A DNA stretch of 64,000 nt. Origin: Paramecium tetraurelia. Its lineage: Eukaryota. Both the position numbers and the translations under genes were made by a program. The stretch spans positions 1 to 64,000 of the forward strand of contig CT868005.1 in NCBI GenBank assembly GCA_000165425.1, written 5' to 3'. Numbering within the stretch: position 1 is the first letter of the stretch; the number at the start of each line of letters is the position of its first letter. Under the pieces are notes generated by a model. It was not told the origin of the DNA. It was given only the letters and a program-made list of their open reading frames with translations, and ran no database searches. Shown here one piece after another: positions 26,896 to 40,500 of the stretch.

Positions 26896-28402
26896 ATGAA
26901 ATCTGCAAATTCAAATTTGCCCAATTCTATTCAACCTGATTAAAATGAAATCAATGAATACATTAAAGAGTATCTTAGATATTCATCTTTTACAAACACT
27001 CTTGAATGTTTTGAAGCAGAAATAAAGAGCAAATAAGTTTCCAATAAAGTACTCATTTCAATAATTCTTACTTTTAGATGCTGAATAAATAATAATAATC
27101 TAAATAAATAGGAGATGAAGCCCCAAGACTATTTCAGTTATTTAAGAGTGACAATACAAAAACTAAAAGAGAAATCAATTTAGAAAAGGAGTAAAAAGCC
27201 TTTAATAAAAAATATTAATAAATCCTGCAGGCTGGGAGACAAATCTTCTCTGTGAGTATCAATCTACTCTAATTATTGCATTCTCTCAAAGAAACAGCCA
27301 AGAATGAGAACTTGAGTGAAACCTTAGAAAATTATAAAATTTAATTGGGGAAGTATCATAAAGTGATCATCAATGAAGGTAAGCCAGAAGGAACAGAATT
27401 GATTACTGAATAAGTTATGCATGAACACAAGACGAAACTATTTAAAAACTTTCAAGATAAACATGTGGATGGAATGATTGAGGTTTTGCTGTCTCTAAGA
27501 GTCAATGCACTGCAGATAGCACCTGAATTGAGAAAGAACCTAGTTTATGAGTTAATTAGAAATGATGTATTCAATATTGAAGCAACAGAGAAATTTGATT
27601 TTGTTGTTCATTTATTGGATATCAATAATTAGAGTCTGAGACACGCCATTACTAGTTTGATTAGTGTCATCAGCAGTACTTTGAGAGGAGTGGAATACCT
27701 AACATATAATGGGAATATGATCATTATTGAGAAAATCATTAAAATTTTGAAGGAATAAGAAAATGGTTCTGTTACTTAAAGATTTTGTTTGGCAATTCTC
27801 TAAAAAGCTAGTATTAAAGATACTGTAATACCAACCTATGTTCATAATGAAATCATCTAATGGATCATATTATTAATTCAAAAATCAATAAATACAAAAA
27901 TTCATATATTTTGTCTTGATTTTGCATCTGCTACATTAGCAAATGTAATTCACACTCCATACACATTGCAATATCTTGAGAAATAAGGGAAATTTGCTCA
28001 TTAGGTTATGGAATAACTCTTAAAGTTCATGAAAGAATAGATTTAAGTAAGTGTGTTGATGCATGTTTTAATTTGTCTATCATATTTGAGTAAGGAGAAC
28101 TTTGCCAAACAAATGGAAGAATGTAGGTTTGTGGAGAGAATCAGCGAATTCGTTGAATATTACAGTGTAATAAATACAGGTACATAATTATAGATATGAA
28201 TTGAATAGAGAATGAAGCAGCTGAGATAGACAAAAAAACAGTATTGGATTTGTGTGCTCATATGTTTCATCCTAAAGATACATCTCTGGATAATTCAGAG
28301 ACAGTTGAATTGAATGAATTAAAAACTGAGGATAGAATTAGAGAATATGAAAATGAATAAGGAGAACTGATATTTGAATGTTTTTAGGATGAAGTGAGTT
28401 GA
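26896..28402 (+). CDS. ARMC9: LisH / armadillo-type protein, ARMC9-like
   Basis: N-terminal LisH INEYIKEYLRYSSFTNTLECFEAE, ARM-like SVTQRFCLAILQKAS, two short introns (~27049-27077, ~28180-28208), ends FECFQDEVS-TGA. Confidence 0.7.
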
Positions 28403-28661
28403 TTATGAAATTTATTATTCAATCGATTAATTTTAAAATAATTCTTGTCTCCAAATAGTTAAAGAATAAATTTAAAACATCTATTTTAATGAAATAATCC
28501 ACAATTATATATGAAATTTGATCAAATTTCTCCTTGAATTTCCTATAAATTTTCAAATATCTAAACAATGCAGTCATTTTACATTAAGCAAATCATTTTA
28601 CATTAGGCAAATCATAAATGAGAGTAGAAAGTATTTTTAATAACTCTAAATACTTCTATAA

Positions 28662-29300
28662 ATGGAAGAAAATCCTGTTCCTATCCAAGAATAGACTAAG
28701 GATAAAACTAAGTAAAGAAAAGCTATTGACTGTGAGATTAAAACAAGGTTAATATTCAGTGTAGTTAATGATCGTCTCCCAATTTATTAGGTAATGAAGA
28801 ATTTCAATGATTTATTATTTTAGGCTGCTATTCTCCATAAAGTTAAATATTCATCAGCAAAACACATTCTTAGAAATTACTTCAATGACTCAGCGAACTT
28901 TTTTTCGACATAAAGAAAGAGGAAGAGAAAAATACTCTGCACCAATGTATTTATATTAATAGAAGCATGTTCTGGAAAAATCACAATAAAGAAACAATAA
29001 TTGAATTCCATGTCTTCTGCTAACAATGGACAGATTTCAGGGTTGTAACAAAAGACTTTAAGTTAACTTTCTTATGCAATATGTCAAGAAGTTTAGCCGC
29101 TTCAAAGTATAACTAAATAATTGATTGTTGTTAGAGAAGATCGTTAAAAAAGCAATAAGAAGAATTGGAAAGATTCAACAAGACTTGGATAAGTTATACT
29201 CGATCATAAAAAGGTAGCACAACGAAATGACGAATTTAAAGGAACTATATTGAAATTATCAAAATTAATAATTATTTTACATTTGAATTATAATAGGTGA
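28662..29300 (+). CDS. hypothetical protein with possible N-terminal helix-turn-helix
   Basis: MEENPVPIQE..RKAIDCEIKTRLIFSVVNDRLPIYQ|AAILHKVKYSSAKHILRNY; candidate intron 28791-28823; open frame to TGA 29298-29300. Confidence 0.6.
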
Positions 29301-29613
29301 TAATACTTATAGGCTGTTGAATTAATTTTAAATTAAATTAAAGCAGATCTTCTCTGCTAGAATGTTTAGAATTTCATGTGTTTAACATCTCAATTTGAAT
29401 TTAAGATTTGGCTAATTAAAAATATCAAATTTTGGTTTAGTTAAGAATCAATTATCATATTTTAAATTAAAAATAATTTAATCATTAAATTTAAATCAAG
29501 AAATTCTCATATTATTTGTTGCTTTCAATTTAGATGAATTAATACTTTCATTCATTAAGAATAAATATCACAACTAATAAACTATATTATATTTCAATTT
29601 TATGTAATTTTTT

Positions 29614-30440
29614 TCATGGTTATGGTAAATTGTCTCTGTCAAACAAGGGACATTTGCAGTCTGGGTGTCTATATTTTCTTCCACATCTATAGCAGAATTC
29701 GTAAAAGCATTTGCATTTCATGTGATTACATCCCTATAATCAGATAAGTCTCATACTTTTTCTTTCAAAATCCAGGCTCCACAATTGGTACATTATTTGC
29801 AATTCATATTTTCGACTAACTTCTTGAATTCTCTTTCATTGTTCTATTATTAATATAGTTTAATTGATTTTTACTTCTTTGTTTTTGGTTAATTAGAATT
29901 ATTCACAAGTGAATTATGGATGTGATTCAGATTTGCATCTCAGACAATATTTTTTAGTGCAAAATTCGCAGTAAAAGGCTGGATCTCCACTTTGATTGAT
30001 GATGAAAATATTTTAACATCCAAGTGTTGGACAACACGAGAATTTATTTTAATGTTTGATTACTAATTCATCCAATTATGCACTAAAATAGATGTTGATT
30101 TATTGAAAATTGAATCCTAATTTAGGTAGGAGTGAGGCAGATAGTTTTTCTTCTATTTATTATTTAAATCAACAATATTACTGCAGCCTTATGATGGACA
30201 TGTCAGTTATTGATATCTTTCTTTCAAGCAGTTTTCAATTAGTTTAGAGATGCAGTTTTTGTGGAAGGTGTCTCCACAGTTTGTTCTGAATATTTCATCT
30301 TCATTTGTTGTCAAATCATCAAAACAAATTTAGCATTGCATTTTAACAGAGTAGAATCTTTTGATTGGCAATCCTGTTTTATCACGAATGTTTTTCTGAT
30401 TCAAGGAAACTTCTTCGATTTGATTCATGTTGTAATTCAT
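29614..30440 (-). CDS. RBR (RING1-IBR-RING2) E3 ubiquitin ligase
   Basis: CQICFDD..CGDTFHKNC..CPSQGC (RING1), IBR cysteines, RING2 CTNCGAWILKEK|GCNHMKCKCFYEFCYRC with the catalytic GCNHM. One intron in RING2. Confidence 0.9.
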
Positions 30441-30591
30441 TTATTTAATTATAAATAATGTCTTGATTAATAGAAATTAGAAATAATTAAAGGTAATTAA
30501 TACAAATTATTTTAATGAAACAAATATATATATAAATAGTAAGAATCAAGTATTTAATAAATTATTAAATAACAAGTAAAGCAACAAAAAG

Positions 30592-31888
30592 ATGTTTCTA
30601 GACCTTGTATTTAATTTTTGCTGCTCGAAACGGCAGAGAGATGAAAAGGATACAAAATCACAAAATAGCAATAAAAGTTAGGAGGAACAATTTTTAGAGC
30701 AAAGAAGGATTGAGTTAGACATTGGGAAGACTGCGATGAATGAACTAATAAGTAGCACAAATTTATTGAAATTTTTTAAGAATCAAAGCCCGCATCATCA
30801 ATCGGATCACCAACAGATAACTATCTATAATTAAATGACGAAAAATAATAATAAAAAAAGAGTAGTTTCGAAGAAGACAACGTTTAGGAGAATTAGTTCG
30901 ATATAGAGGATGGCAATAAAGGGAATCATTATCAAATGAAAGATCATTCAGGCATGCGGTAAGAGGAAATTAATATCATCTTTATAATAGTTCCAAATCT
31001 CAGGAGAAGGTAGAGAAGGGTTTGAAGAAGAAGATAAGTAAAGCAAAGGAGAAACAAGATGGAGACAAGAGAGTTGTGAAAATTTGGTAACCTGAAGAGG
31101 ATCAACGTCTCAGAAAGTTGTATCAAGAGTATTAGGGAAATTGGAGTAAAATAATTCAGTTTATGCCTGAACGAAACATTTCATAATGTTCTCAGCGATG
31201 GAGAAGGATAAATCCTATTTAAGTTAATATGAAAATCATAATGTTTAGAATAAATAAAAATGGAATTAAGAGGAAGATGCAAAATTAGTACAATTGGTTG
31301 CTCAAGAGGGAAAGAATTGGACCAAATTGGCCAGACACTTTTAAGGAAGGTCTGGCAAATAAATCAGAGAAAGATATCTTAATAAATTGGATCCTGCACT
31401 TAATTTTGTACCTTGGACAGAATAAGAGGATTAGGAGATTGTCAAATATTATAATTAATATGGTGCCAAATGGAGTGTTGTTGCTTCCCATTTGAAGGGA
31501 CGATCTGTAAATTTATGTATTGATTTAGGAAAATATGGTGAAAAATAGATTTTACTCTCACATTTAAAAACATTTGTTGGGTCGACAAAATAAATATCAA
31601 ATTATTTTTAATTCTGGTCACAATCAACAGAATGGAAATTAATAGCAATAAGAAGGAAATCAAAATATGGATGTTGAATATTCTGATACTTCAAATAGTG
31701 AATAAAAGTTAGTGCATTCTGAAAATTATTCAGTAAACATTTATTAAATTATTATATAGTCTTCAATAGGATCGAGTACATTTACTTTCTCCTATTATGA
31801 AGATGAAGATTTTAGCGGAAATGGTTAAGATTTATTGTATGATAATTAATTTGAATAAGACTTCGATGAAAAAGCCAGAGTGTATTGA
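30592..31888 (+). CDS. three-repeat (3R) Myb transcription factor
   Basis: WQPEEDQRL..GNWSKI..SQCSQRW; WNQEEDAKL..KNWTKLA..GKQIRERYLNKLDP; WTEQEDQEI..AKWSVVA..GRS|ENMVKNRF. Five inferred introns join ATG 30592 to TGA 31886-31888. Confidence 0.85.
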
Positions 31889-32237
31889 ATATGTAATTTT
31901 TATAGAATAAATAAGTATCAATTTCTTAAAATTCTTATGTATAAATTAAAGTTGTTATTAACATGTGCATTTATCAAGCAAGCTAATTTGTGTGATTAAA
32001 TATCAATACAATCATATTTTATGATACTATAAGAGTTCTCAAACAATATCATATTTTGGTAGTCTCTAATTTTTAATTTAGGATTAACTATAGGTGTTTA
32101 GTTTTATGAATTAGCAGATAATAGATAGAAATTCAAATGAATTAGTAAGTCTTTTTTTTAATATATAAATATAATTTACAGTTTAAAATGTTTGAAATAC
32201 TAGTTTTATTAATGATATTAATTTAATTTATTCGTTA

Positions 32238-33512
32238 ATGGGAGCTGATCACAGTGATACAAATGAAATGAAGACATAATAATAGTACCAAATGTTTTTA
32301 CTGCAATATTCGAAGGAAAGAGAATATGATCACAACCAATTTGGGTAGGTGAAGTTGTACAATCACAATCAAGTAATTAAGCTGTTATAATATTAGAATA
32401 ATTCTATGATTTGCATAAAGAAGTTGTAAAGTAAGAGTGATACTGAATTAACACAGATAACAAACCATTTGAGGAAGAGGAAAATCTTTGTGCATCCAAA
32501 TTTGGTTTAATTACTGGCAGTTCGCACTTGTAATGAATAATCGATTTGTTCTGATTCCAGTTTGGTGATGGTTGTTTCAGAGTATTTTCCAGACACACTA
32601 GAAAGTGAATTGAAAAAGAGAAAGCAACCACTTAAGAAATACCCTGAATCTCATATTTGGCTATTGATTTAATAAATTGTAGATCCAATGGCATTTTTGG
32701 AAGAATAGAAGTAAGCTCATGGAGATATCCAACCATAAAACATCTATTTGGATGAGAATGGAAGTGTAAAGTTGGCAGAATATAACTATTTTCCTGGAGG
32801 TTAGCATGGGTTTCAGAAGATGCTGCTAAGCAAGGATAGAGCTTATCTCTCTCCAATATTATTAAACAATTATAGAAATATGAACTTTAAAGCTCAACAT
32901 AATGAATACAAAAGTGATGTATTTTCATTTGGAATGACGATGTTGGAAGTTCTACTCTTAGAAGAATCTTATGATTGCATGGATTTTTAGAATGGTTGCA
33001 TATCACAAAATGTTGTCGATTAAAAATTACAAAAAGTAAAGAGATCAGGATACTCACAATTATTAACAAACTTTGTGAGAGAATTGTTGTAAATTGAAGA
33101 GAATGCAAGACCAAGTTGGAATGATTTAAAACAGGTGATTGATTAATTTAGAGATAAAATTTGCAACTTGATTCCCTTCTTTCAAGAAAAACGACAAATG
33201 TCTCCAAACAAACTTGTTTATTCATAAAGTTATGTACCTCAATAACAAATACTCAGTTCACCTCAATCAAAAATACTAAGTTCTCCAAGATAACCATAAG
33301 TGTTATATCAGACATATCATCAACCATAACCATTATATTAGACTAAACAGATGCAACCAATACCAATGCAATAATCAATCTATTATGAATCAGGCTAGAA
33401 ACAAGTGCCAATTAAGAAGATAACAAAATTGGATGAAACAGTATCAAAATAAGTGCAATAACCAGAAAGCAATTTGGAAAAGACTACTATCAAATAAGCT
33501 GAAACTAAATGA
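32238..33512 (+). CDS. N-myristoylated protein-kinase-like protein (probable pseudokinase)
   Basis: MGADHS start; ICIKK, HPNLVQL, HGDIQPQNIYL, VKLAEYN in place of DFG, KSDVFSFGMTMLE, RPSW; Gln/Pro-rich tail; one intron ~32374-32397. Confidence 0.85.
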
Positions 33513-33612
33513 TATTTTTATATATTTATTTACCTATTATAACATTAATATCAAATAAGTAGATTAAAAGAGAACACACAATCCTAGAAGAGATCATATA
33601 ATTGATTTATTA

Positions 33613-34503
33613 TCATTATAATAATAATGCACCAATTAACCCAACATCTTCTACTTGAGGTTCCACAATGTAGTTTTCTGGTATTTCCACATACTTGTTC
33701 ACTAGCCTTCTTAGATGTTTATCAATGATGGGATACAAGAGCTTCCTGTTCATGACTCCTCCTCCCAACACTATCTTTTCGATTGACAATAGATATAGGA
33801 TGTTTTGACATGCTTCTGCCAAGTAAAAACCAACCAATTCCCATATTGGATGATCATCACTGATATTAGGTAATTCAGTAATAGGACAATTCAATCTCTT
33901 GGCTATTGCAACATTTGTACATAATCCCTAATGAAATCACTAATATAATAGCACTTCTAAGCAATCTCCGTGAAATGCACAAACTCCCTTGAAGTCTTTG
34001 TCCTCTTACTACTTAGCAACTAAAATATGCCCTCCTTCTGGATGCAACATTCCGTGAACACATTGTCCATTCACTATGATACCTACTCCGACTCCAGTTC
34101 CAATTGTGATGTACGCAAGAGATTGTCTCACATTATGGTTGCCCAACATAAATTCAGCCATGGCACAGGCATTAACATCAGTGTCTATAGCAAACGGTTT
34201 CTTTAATGCTTGTGACAATCTTGTTGCAATTGGGAAGTTCTACCATTTGAGTTTAGGAGTGGAGGTTATGGATCCGAATTGTGGATCATCTTTGTTCAAA
34301 CACAGAGGGCCAAAGGAAGCTATTTGGATTGAATCAAATTCGAATTGCTGCAAATATGTCACAAGATCAAGGAGAGTATCTTCTGGATCTCTAGTGTCAA
34401 ATGTCTTTTTATTGTTTAATGTCCATTTGTTGTCTGTTTTGGTGCCGATGCCAACTTGAATGAAGGTGCCTCCTATTTCTAAAGCTGCTTTTGATTATTA
34501 CAT
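33613..34503 (-). CDS. ROK-family sugar kinase (fructokinase, ScrK/YdhR type)
   Basis: ALEIGGT, ASFGP, ITSTPKLKW, DTDVNA, YITIGTGVGVG, HPEGGH, CAFHGDCLE|G, IVLGGGVM. One intron at ~33928-33954. Confidence 0.92.
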
Positions 34504-34513
34504 TTAAATTAAT

Positions 34514-37500
34514 ATGAATTATAACCATCACTAAATCGTGGAGATATGGTTGAGGAGATTCCGTGAATGCTTGAACTTCTGCTATGGAAGTGATTCATAG
34601 ATGATTACCATGGAATTACACAAAGGAAGTGTTTAATTATTGAGTGTACCTTAAAACAAAAACATTTTCAACACTAGGAAATATAGAGTATTGTTAATGA
34701 TAATGTTAGTTATATAACTTTTTACCCAAAACCCTATTCGCTGCATTGGAAAGATTCGGAAACATCTATCTTTTAGGGATTTCCTTAATAATGTTGATAG
34801 ATCCAACATTGTCTCCCTTTTATAGATGGATCACCATCTTCCCTGTCGGATTGAGTGTGATATTTTATGTCTTTATGGAATTCATACTCGACATACGCAG
34901 ATAGACTCATGATCATAAGATAAATATGCAAACAACATCCAGAGGTGCGAAAGATGGTGCATTAGAAACCATAAAATGGAGTGATATTCAAATTGGAGAT
35001 GTGCTCTATCTGATTAAAGGAGACATTGTGCCTGCAGATATCATACTATTGGACACAGGATAAGTAAGAGACAGAGAGGCAATTTGTATGGTTGACACAC
35101 AATATTATGATGGTAAATCTTCTCTGGCCAAGAAGAAATCCTCCTATTTGACTCAATTGATAGTCTTGAGAACAAGATTGAAGAATTAGTTTCCAGAATA
35201 CAGAAAAATGTTGACTGGAAAATTGGAATACGAAGCACCCAATGGAAACACCGAAAGATTTCATGGTAGATTAAAATTGAAGAAGGATCCCAAAAATGAA
35301 GAATTGACCATTGACAATTTCATCCCCAAAGGCACGAAGATTAAATAGACTTCCTGGTTATTCGGTTTAGTTGTCTACGTTGGTGAAAACACTAAAACTA
35401 TGCAAAGTAGTCATTACAATGCACAGAGACGCAGTTTTGAAGAAAAGCAGTGCAATTTCTATTCATTCCTCATGGCTTGCTTATCCCTCTTCTTCACTTT
35501 GATTTCTATCATTGTTCTATTGGCCAGATCAGATGAAGGTTACTACGCCTTATTGATTGATAACAACACCACCAATGGAATGAAGGTCTTCTAATTGGCA
35601 ATTCTGTATGCCTAATTAATTCCATCCACTCTTTATCTACTATTAGATTTCGTAAACTTCGTTTCTTTATTTAAATATGAAATCAATTAAATTGAAGATA
35701 ATATTACTAAGTATGTTAAAATCAATACTGCTAACAACCTGAGTGATTTAGGCCATGTTGATTATATGCTGATAGACAAAACAGGGACTTTGACTACTTC
35801 TTATTACAAATTGGATAATCTTTTATTTGGTTCCCTGTCATTTACTTTGAATTATGATCAATTACAAACAACTTTGAATTAAAAATCTGTCAAACCTGAA
35901 GATAATGAGGATCCAGTTAAATTTGCTAGCATCCATGATGGCAATGAATATTTGATCCCATTTGAATATGAGAAGAACACCAGTCATGCAGATGTCAAAC
36001 CCAAGTGGTAAATTGTTGCTGAAAAGTGTAAAAACATCCAATAACAATCCTGTTTTTAGTTAGATTACAGCCTAGCCTTAGAATAAGAGGATGACAATGT
36101 TAGAGAACTCAGTCTAACAACCTTTGCAATATTATATGTAGACAAGAATATTTTTACCATAACCTAAAACTAGAAATAGCCCTGGAAATAATAATGATGA
36201 GTTCATTTAGTTAGTCAACCAATTAAAAAGTAGTTCACCTCAAAAAGAGTACCAATAAACTGAAGATATAAACACATTGTATTATGATGCATTTCTGAAA
36301 TGCTTAATGTTATGCCATGAAGCTAGACCAGTATTTGGGGCTGATTCGATTACCTACGAATCCTTCTCAAAAAGTGAGGAAATAGCATTGACATTTGCTC
36401 GTTCTTGTGGTTACTCTCTTGAAAATTTCAATAAATTTGATAGTCCTGATATGTACTTATGTAAAGTAAGAGGAAATCCTATATGGTATCAAGTATTAGG
36501 ATTGAATTTGTTTACATACACTAGAAATCTGAATTCTGTTGTTATTTAGGCTCCTATGACGATGGATCTAGATTTAAAATAAAAGTTTGAAGCAATCAAT
36601 TAACTATGTGGGGAAGGATCGAAAAACAATTCATTATTAATTTGTAAAGGAGATTATGAAGCAATAAAAGCTAAATTGTAATTAAATCATAAGGAAAGGG
36701 AAGAACTAGACTCCTACATCCAGCATTACAAATAGAGAGGAATCAGAATGATTATCTATGCTACTAGAGTATTGAGTGAGAAGGAGACTGAAAATTACAA
36801 ATAGCAATTTAATCTGTTGCATAGTTCATTAACAAATTAGGATACTCTTCTTGAAAAGTTGGCCTTAGAATATGAGAAGGAGTTGAATATTTTGGGAATG
36901 ACAGGATTCAAAGAAGAATTGAAAAATGATGCTTTAGATTTCATTAGAACTGTTAAAGATTGTAATATTGATATATGGTTATTGAGTGGGGATTAGGAAG
37001 TACAAACAATCAGTTGTGCATAATCTCTAGAGATGGCTGCGACTTCTAAATATCTGAGGATTGTGGCCACTGATAAGGAATAGATATGGTTACAAATTAA
37101 TACAGCTATCGGACAGATCTAAAGTGAAATGTAGAAGATACAAGAGAAATAATAAGAAAAGCATTAGAATGAGAACATGCTGAGTAGAAGTATGATTAAA
37201 TCATGTGTGACATTTTTTGAAGGAGCATAATATTAATAGGTGTTACAATTTGCTTTGGTAGTTAATGGTCATTCCCTTTCTTTGATTAGTGAATCACCTG
37301 ATCTAATGAGTCATTTCAGGTTCTTATCTTGTGTTTGTAAGAATGTGATTGGATTCAACATGAATCCATAATAAAAGGAATTAGCATGTACTATAATTCG
37401 TAATTACTTTCCAAATAATCCTACTGTTCTTGGAGTTGGCGATGGATATAATGATGCATTGATGATGCAAGCAGCGAATGTCAGTATTGAAATCATTAAC

Positions 37501-40500
37501 AGCAAAAGAAATCATATTTATCCTCAAGTGAATGCAGGTGACATCAGTGTTAATACACTGTCTGAAATCAAAGTGTTGTTATTATAGAAATGCAAATTAC
37601 ATAGTGAAAGAGTGTCATCCATGATCATCTATCTGTTTTATTGTGCTGGTTTCTTGGGAATGACTCTATTCTTCTTTAATTGGTTCTGCCAATTCACAGC
37701 CACGTCTTTGCATGATTCAATGACGGTGTTTTTATACATTTTTATGTACACCACTCCAAATGCTTTGGTGATAGGTTTGGCCGATAAGTAAACTTAACCT
37801 TTAGTGAATACTCGATTTCCTGCATTTTATATAGATGGGCAAATAAGAACTCGTAGATTCTGGCTTTATTATCTGCTTGAAGGATTTTTGGAGTCCTTCA
37901 TTTGTGCAGCTTACACATTCTATTCTTGCATTTACATGGTTAATTATGCATGGACGAATGATAGTCACTAATCAGATTTATAAATGGTAGCTACATCAAT
38001 TATCTATTTGCTCATCACTGTGTCTACTCTAAAAGTAATGTTTAGACTCATCTGCAATAGTGTAAGTGTCGTGATCATAGCCTTTCTATTCACTTTTGGA
38101 TTATTGGTAGGATTTGTTTTCCTAAATTACAGAGGAGACTTTAGCAATTTTGATTATCAAGAATTGACATATCAATTGTTTACAAGATTTAATAGCATCG
38201 TTGCCATGGTATTTAGTCTAATTGGGTGTTACTTTATCAATTACTTTTTACATGATGTTATAAAATTGATATACTTTCCAAGTGCCTATTAGTAATTTGC
38301 ATTTCAGAATAAAAGTGGTATAGAATAAGAAGTGATTACAAACAAAGAGATCTTGTATCAATGTCTAGATTAGCATGTGTAATTATTAATTATTAAATAA
38401 TAGTAATGTTTCATCCATAATTCAGAAGGTGTTCATTGATTGTTCAGCAACTTCACCTTACATATAAGAGATTTTGAATCCGGGTGATACCAAAGTAACA
38501 GAAATGAAATTGAAGCCTCTAACTCTTGAGATGAAGGAGTTAGTTCTGGAATAAAAGTTTTTGGCTCACAAATAAGCTCAATCCCTAAAGCATTTGCGAG
38601 TATTCTTGTGCATTCTGTTATTATACTACATTGCATATTGTTTAACAGACTTACTTTTTGACAGATCAAAGAGTGTTCACAGGAGCGTATTACTTAGTTG
38701 TATTTGGTATCATCCTTATTATAATCCTCTTTTCTTTTAGTAATGCAATGGAATAATCATCATTATACATACTCACATATAATAGTGCTGATCATATTTG
38801 CAATCAAAGTAGCAATAGATTGGTTATCAGATGATTTGACTATAACACTCTCAGCTACTTTAGTGATTTTATTTAGTACATTTAATTCGATGAATATGAG
38901 TGTGATTCCAATAATGTTGTACAACATCTGTTATTTGATTCAACTCATCGTAAGAATCTTGATAGTAGTGATTTCAACTGATCTCAGCACTTCTAATGGA
39001 ACTTATTCTCAAAGTAGAGTGTCTGTGTATGCAGCCAGCACTCAGATTCTACTGGTTGTGAGTATAACGATTAGATTTTTATTCAGTTACTACAAGTCTA
39101 TCAAACATAGAAGAAATGATTATTTAGCAAAATATTCAATCGAATAAGATAATGTGGCTGCCCAAGACATATTGAGCATACTGGTGCCTAGATTTGTGAG
39201 ATAACAAATTTAGACAGGAATATTTGCAATGTAATAAGCTTAGGATGATGTTTCAATATTGTTCGCTTACATTTGTGATTTTGACACAATTATGAAGGAA
39301 GAAGGCAAAAATGTAGTATTGATGTTGGACTCATTGTTTAGACTATATGATAATTTGTGTATTCAACATGGAGTGCAGAAGATTGAAACCGTTGGATACA
39401 CATACATGGCTGCCACAGGAATTAAGGCATGTGAATAAAACATGACAGCTCATGTGACCAGGATAGAGAAGACTATGAGATTAGTTAATATGGCATTTGA
39501 TATGATGTAATAAGTGCAAGGGAGAAAGTATGGAAAGGGTAATCAAATTGAGATGAAAATTGGAATACCATGTAGGTCGTGTGCATTGCAAGGTGTGATA
39601 GGTCATCATAAACCACAATTTTCTTTGATAGGACGAATCCATGTCAATTAGACGAGTCGAGTGGGGTCTACTGGAGACACAGGAGCCATAACATTGAGTG
39701 AACAGGCTTTTAAATAGGCAAGACATGGGATCAAGTACTATTAGAAGAAATAGAAGGAAGCCAAAGGGTTAGGAATCATAGACACTTATTAAGTGTTCAA
39801 GACTAAACCAATTGGTTATTAAATACCAAAGGCATTTCAATTATGGTAGAACTGCACTAAGCTTGTTGTAAAAGAGTTAAGGTAACAGGGAAGTTCTAAA
39901 ACAAAAAAATAAAGATAGTTCCTATCATAATTACACAACTCAATATATCAGGATAACTTGAAATAGTAGAGCAGACTAGAAATATCTCCTAAAGGGCCAT
40001 ACCCTGTTCAAGGGCAATAAGGGTCCGTTCATGAAGATAATAGATCAAGATTAACATTACCAGCATAACCTGCTGAATAAGTGCCAACTGAAGATTCAGT
40101 ATTGATAACAAATGAATAAGACGAGAGAGAGTTGGACTTGGAATTGATTAAACCAAATCTTATTCTTGACATACCAGAGAATGAAATAAAATCCAATTTC
40201 AATCAAATTGTTAAGGAACAAAATGTAGATGAATCTAGAGTGGGTATGATATTTTTGTGGATCACTTATTTCGTTATTACTCTGTTATCAATAATCGTTC
40301 GTAAATTGTTTGATCATGATTTGTTGATCTTCGTATTGAGAGTATTAGATTCAATATTTATAAATAGGCTATTTTCCTGATTGTGTCATTAGTTCTATTT
40401 CCAATCCTATCCAAGGCTTATAGAAATAGAGTAGTTAACACCATGTACTACATCTTGCTTATATATGCTATCTTCACTGTGCTTTTCTAGGCTTATTTAA

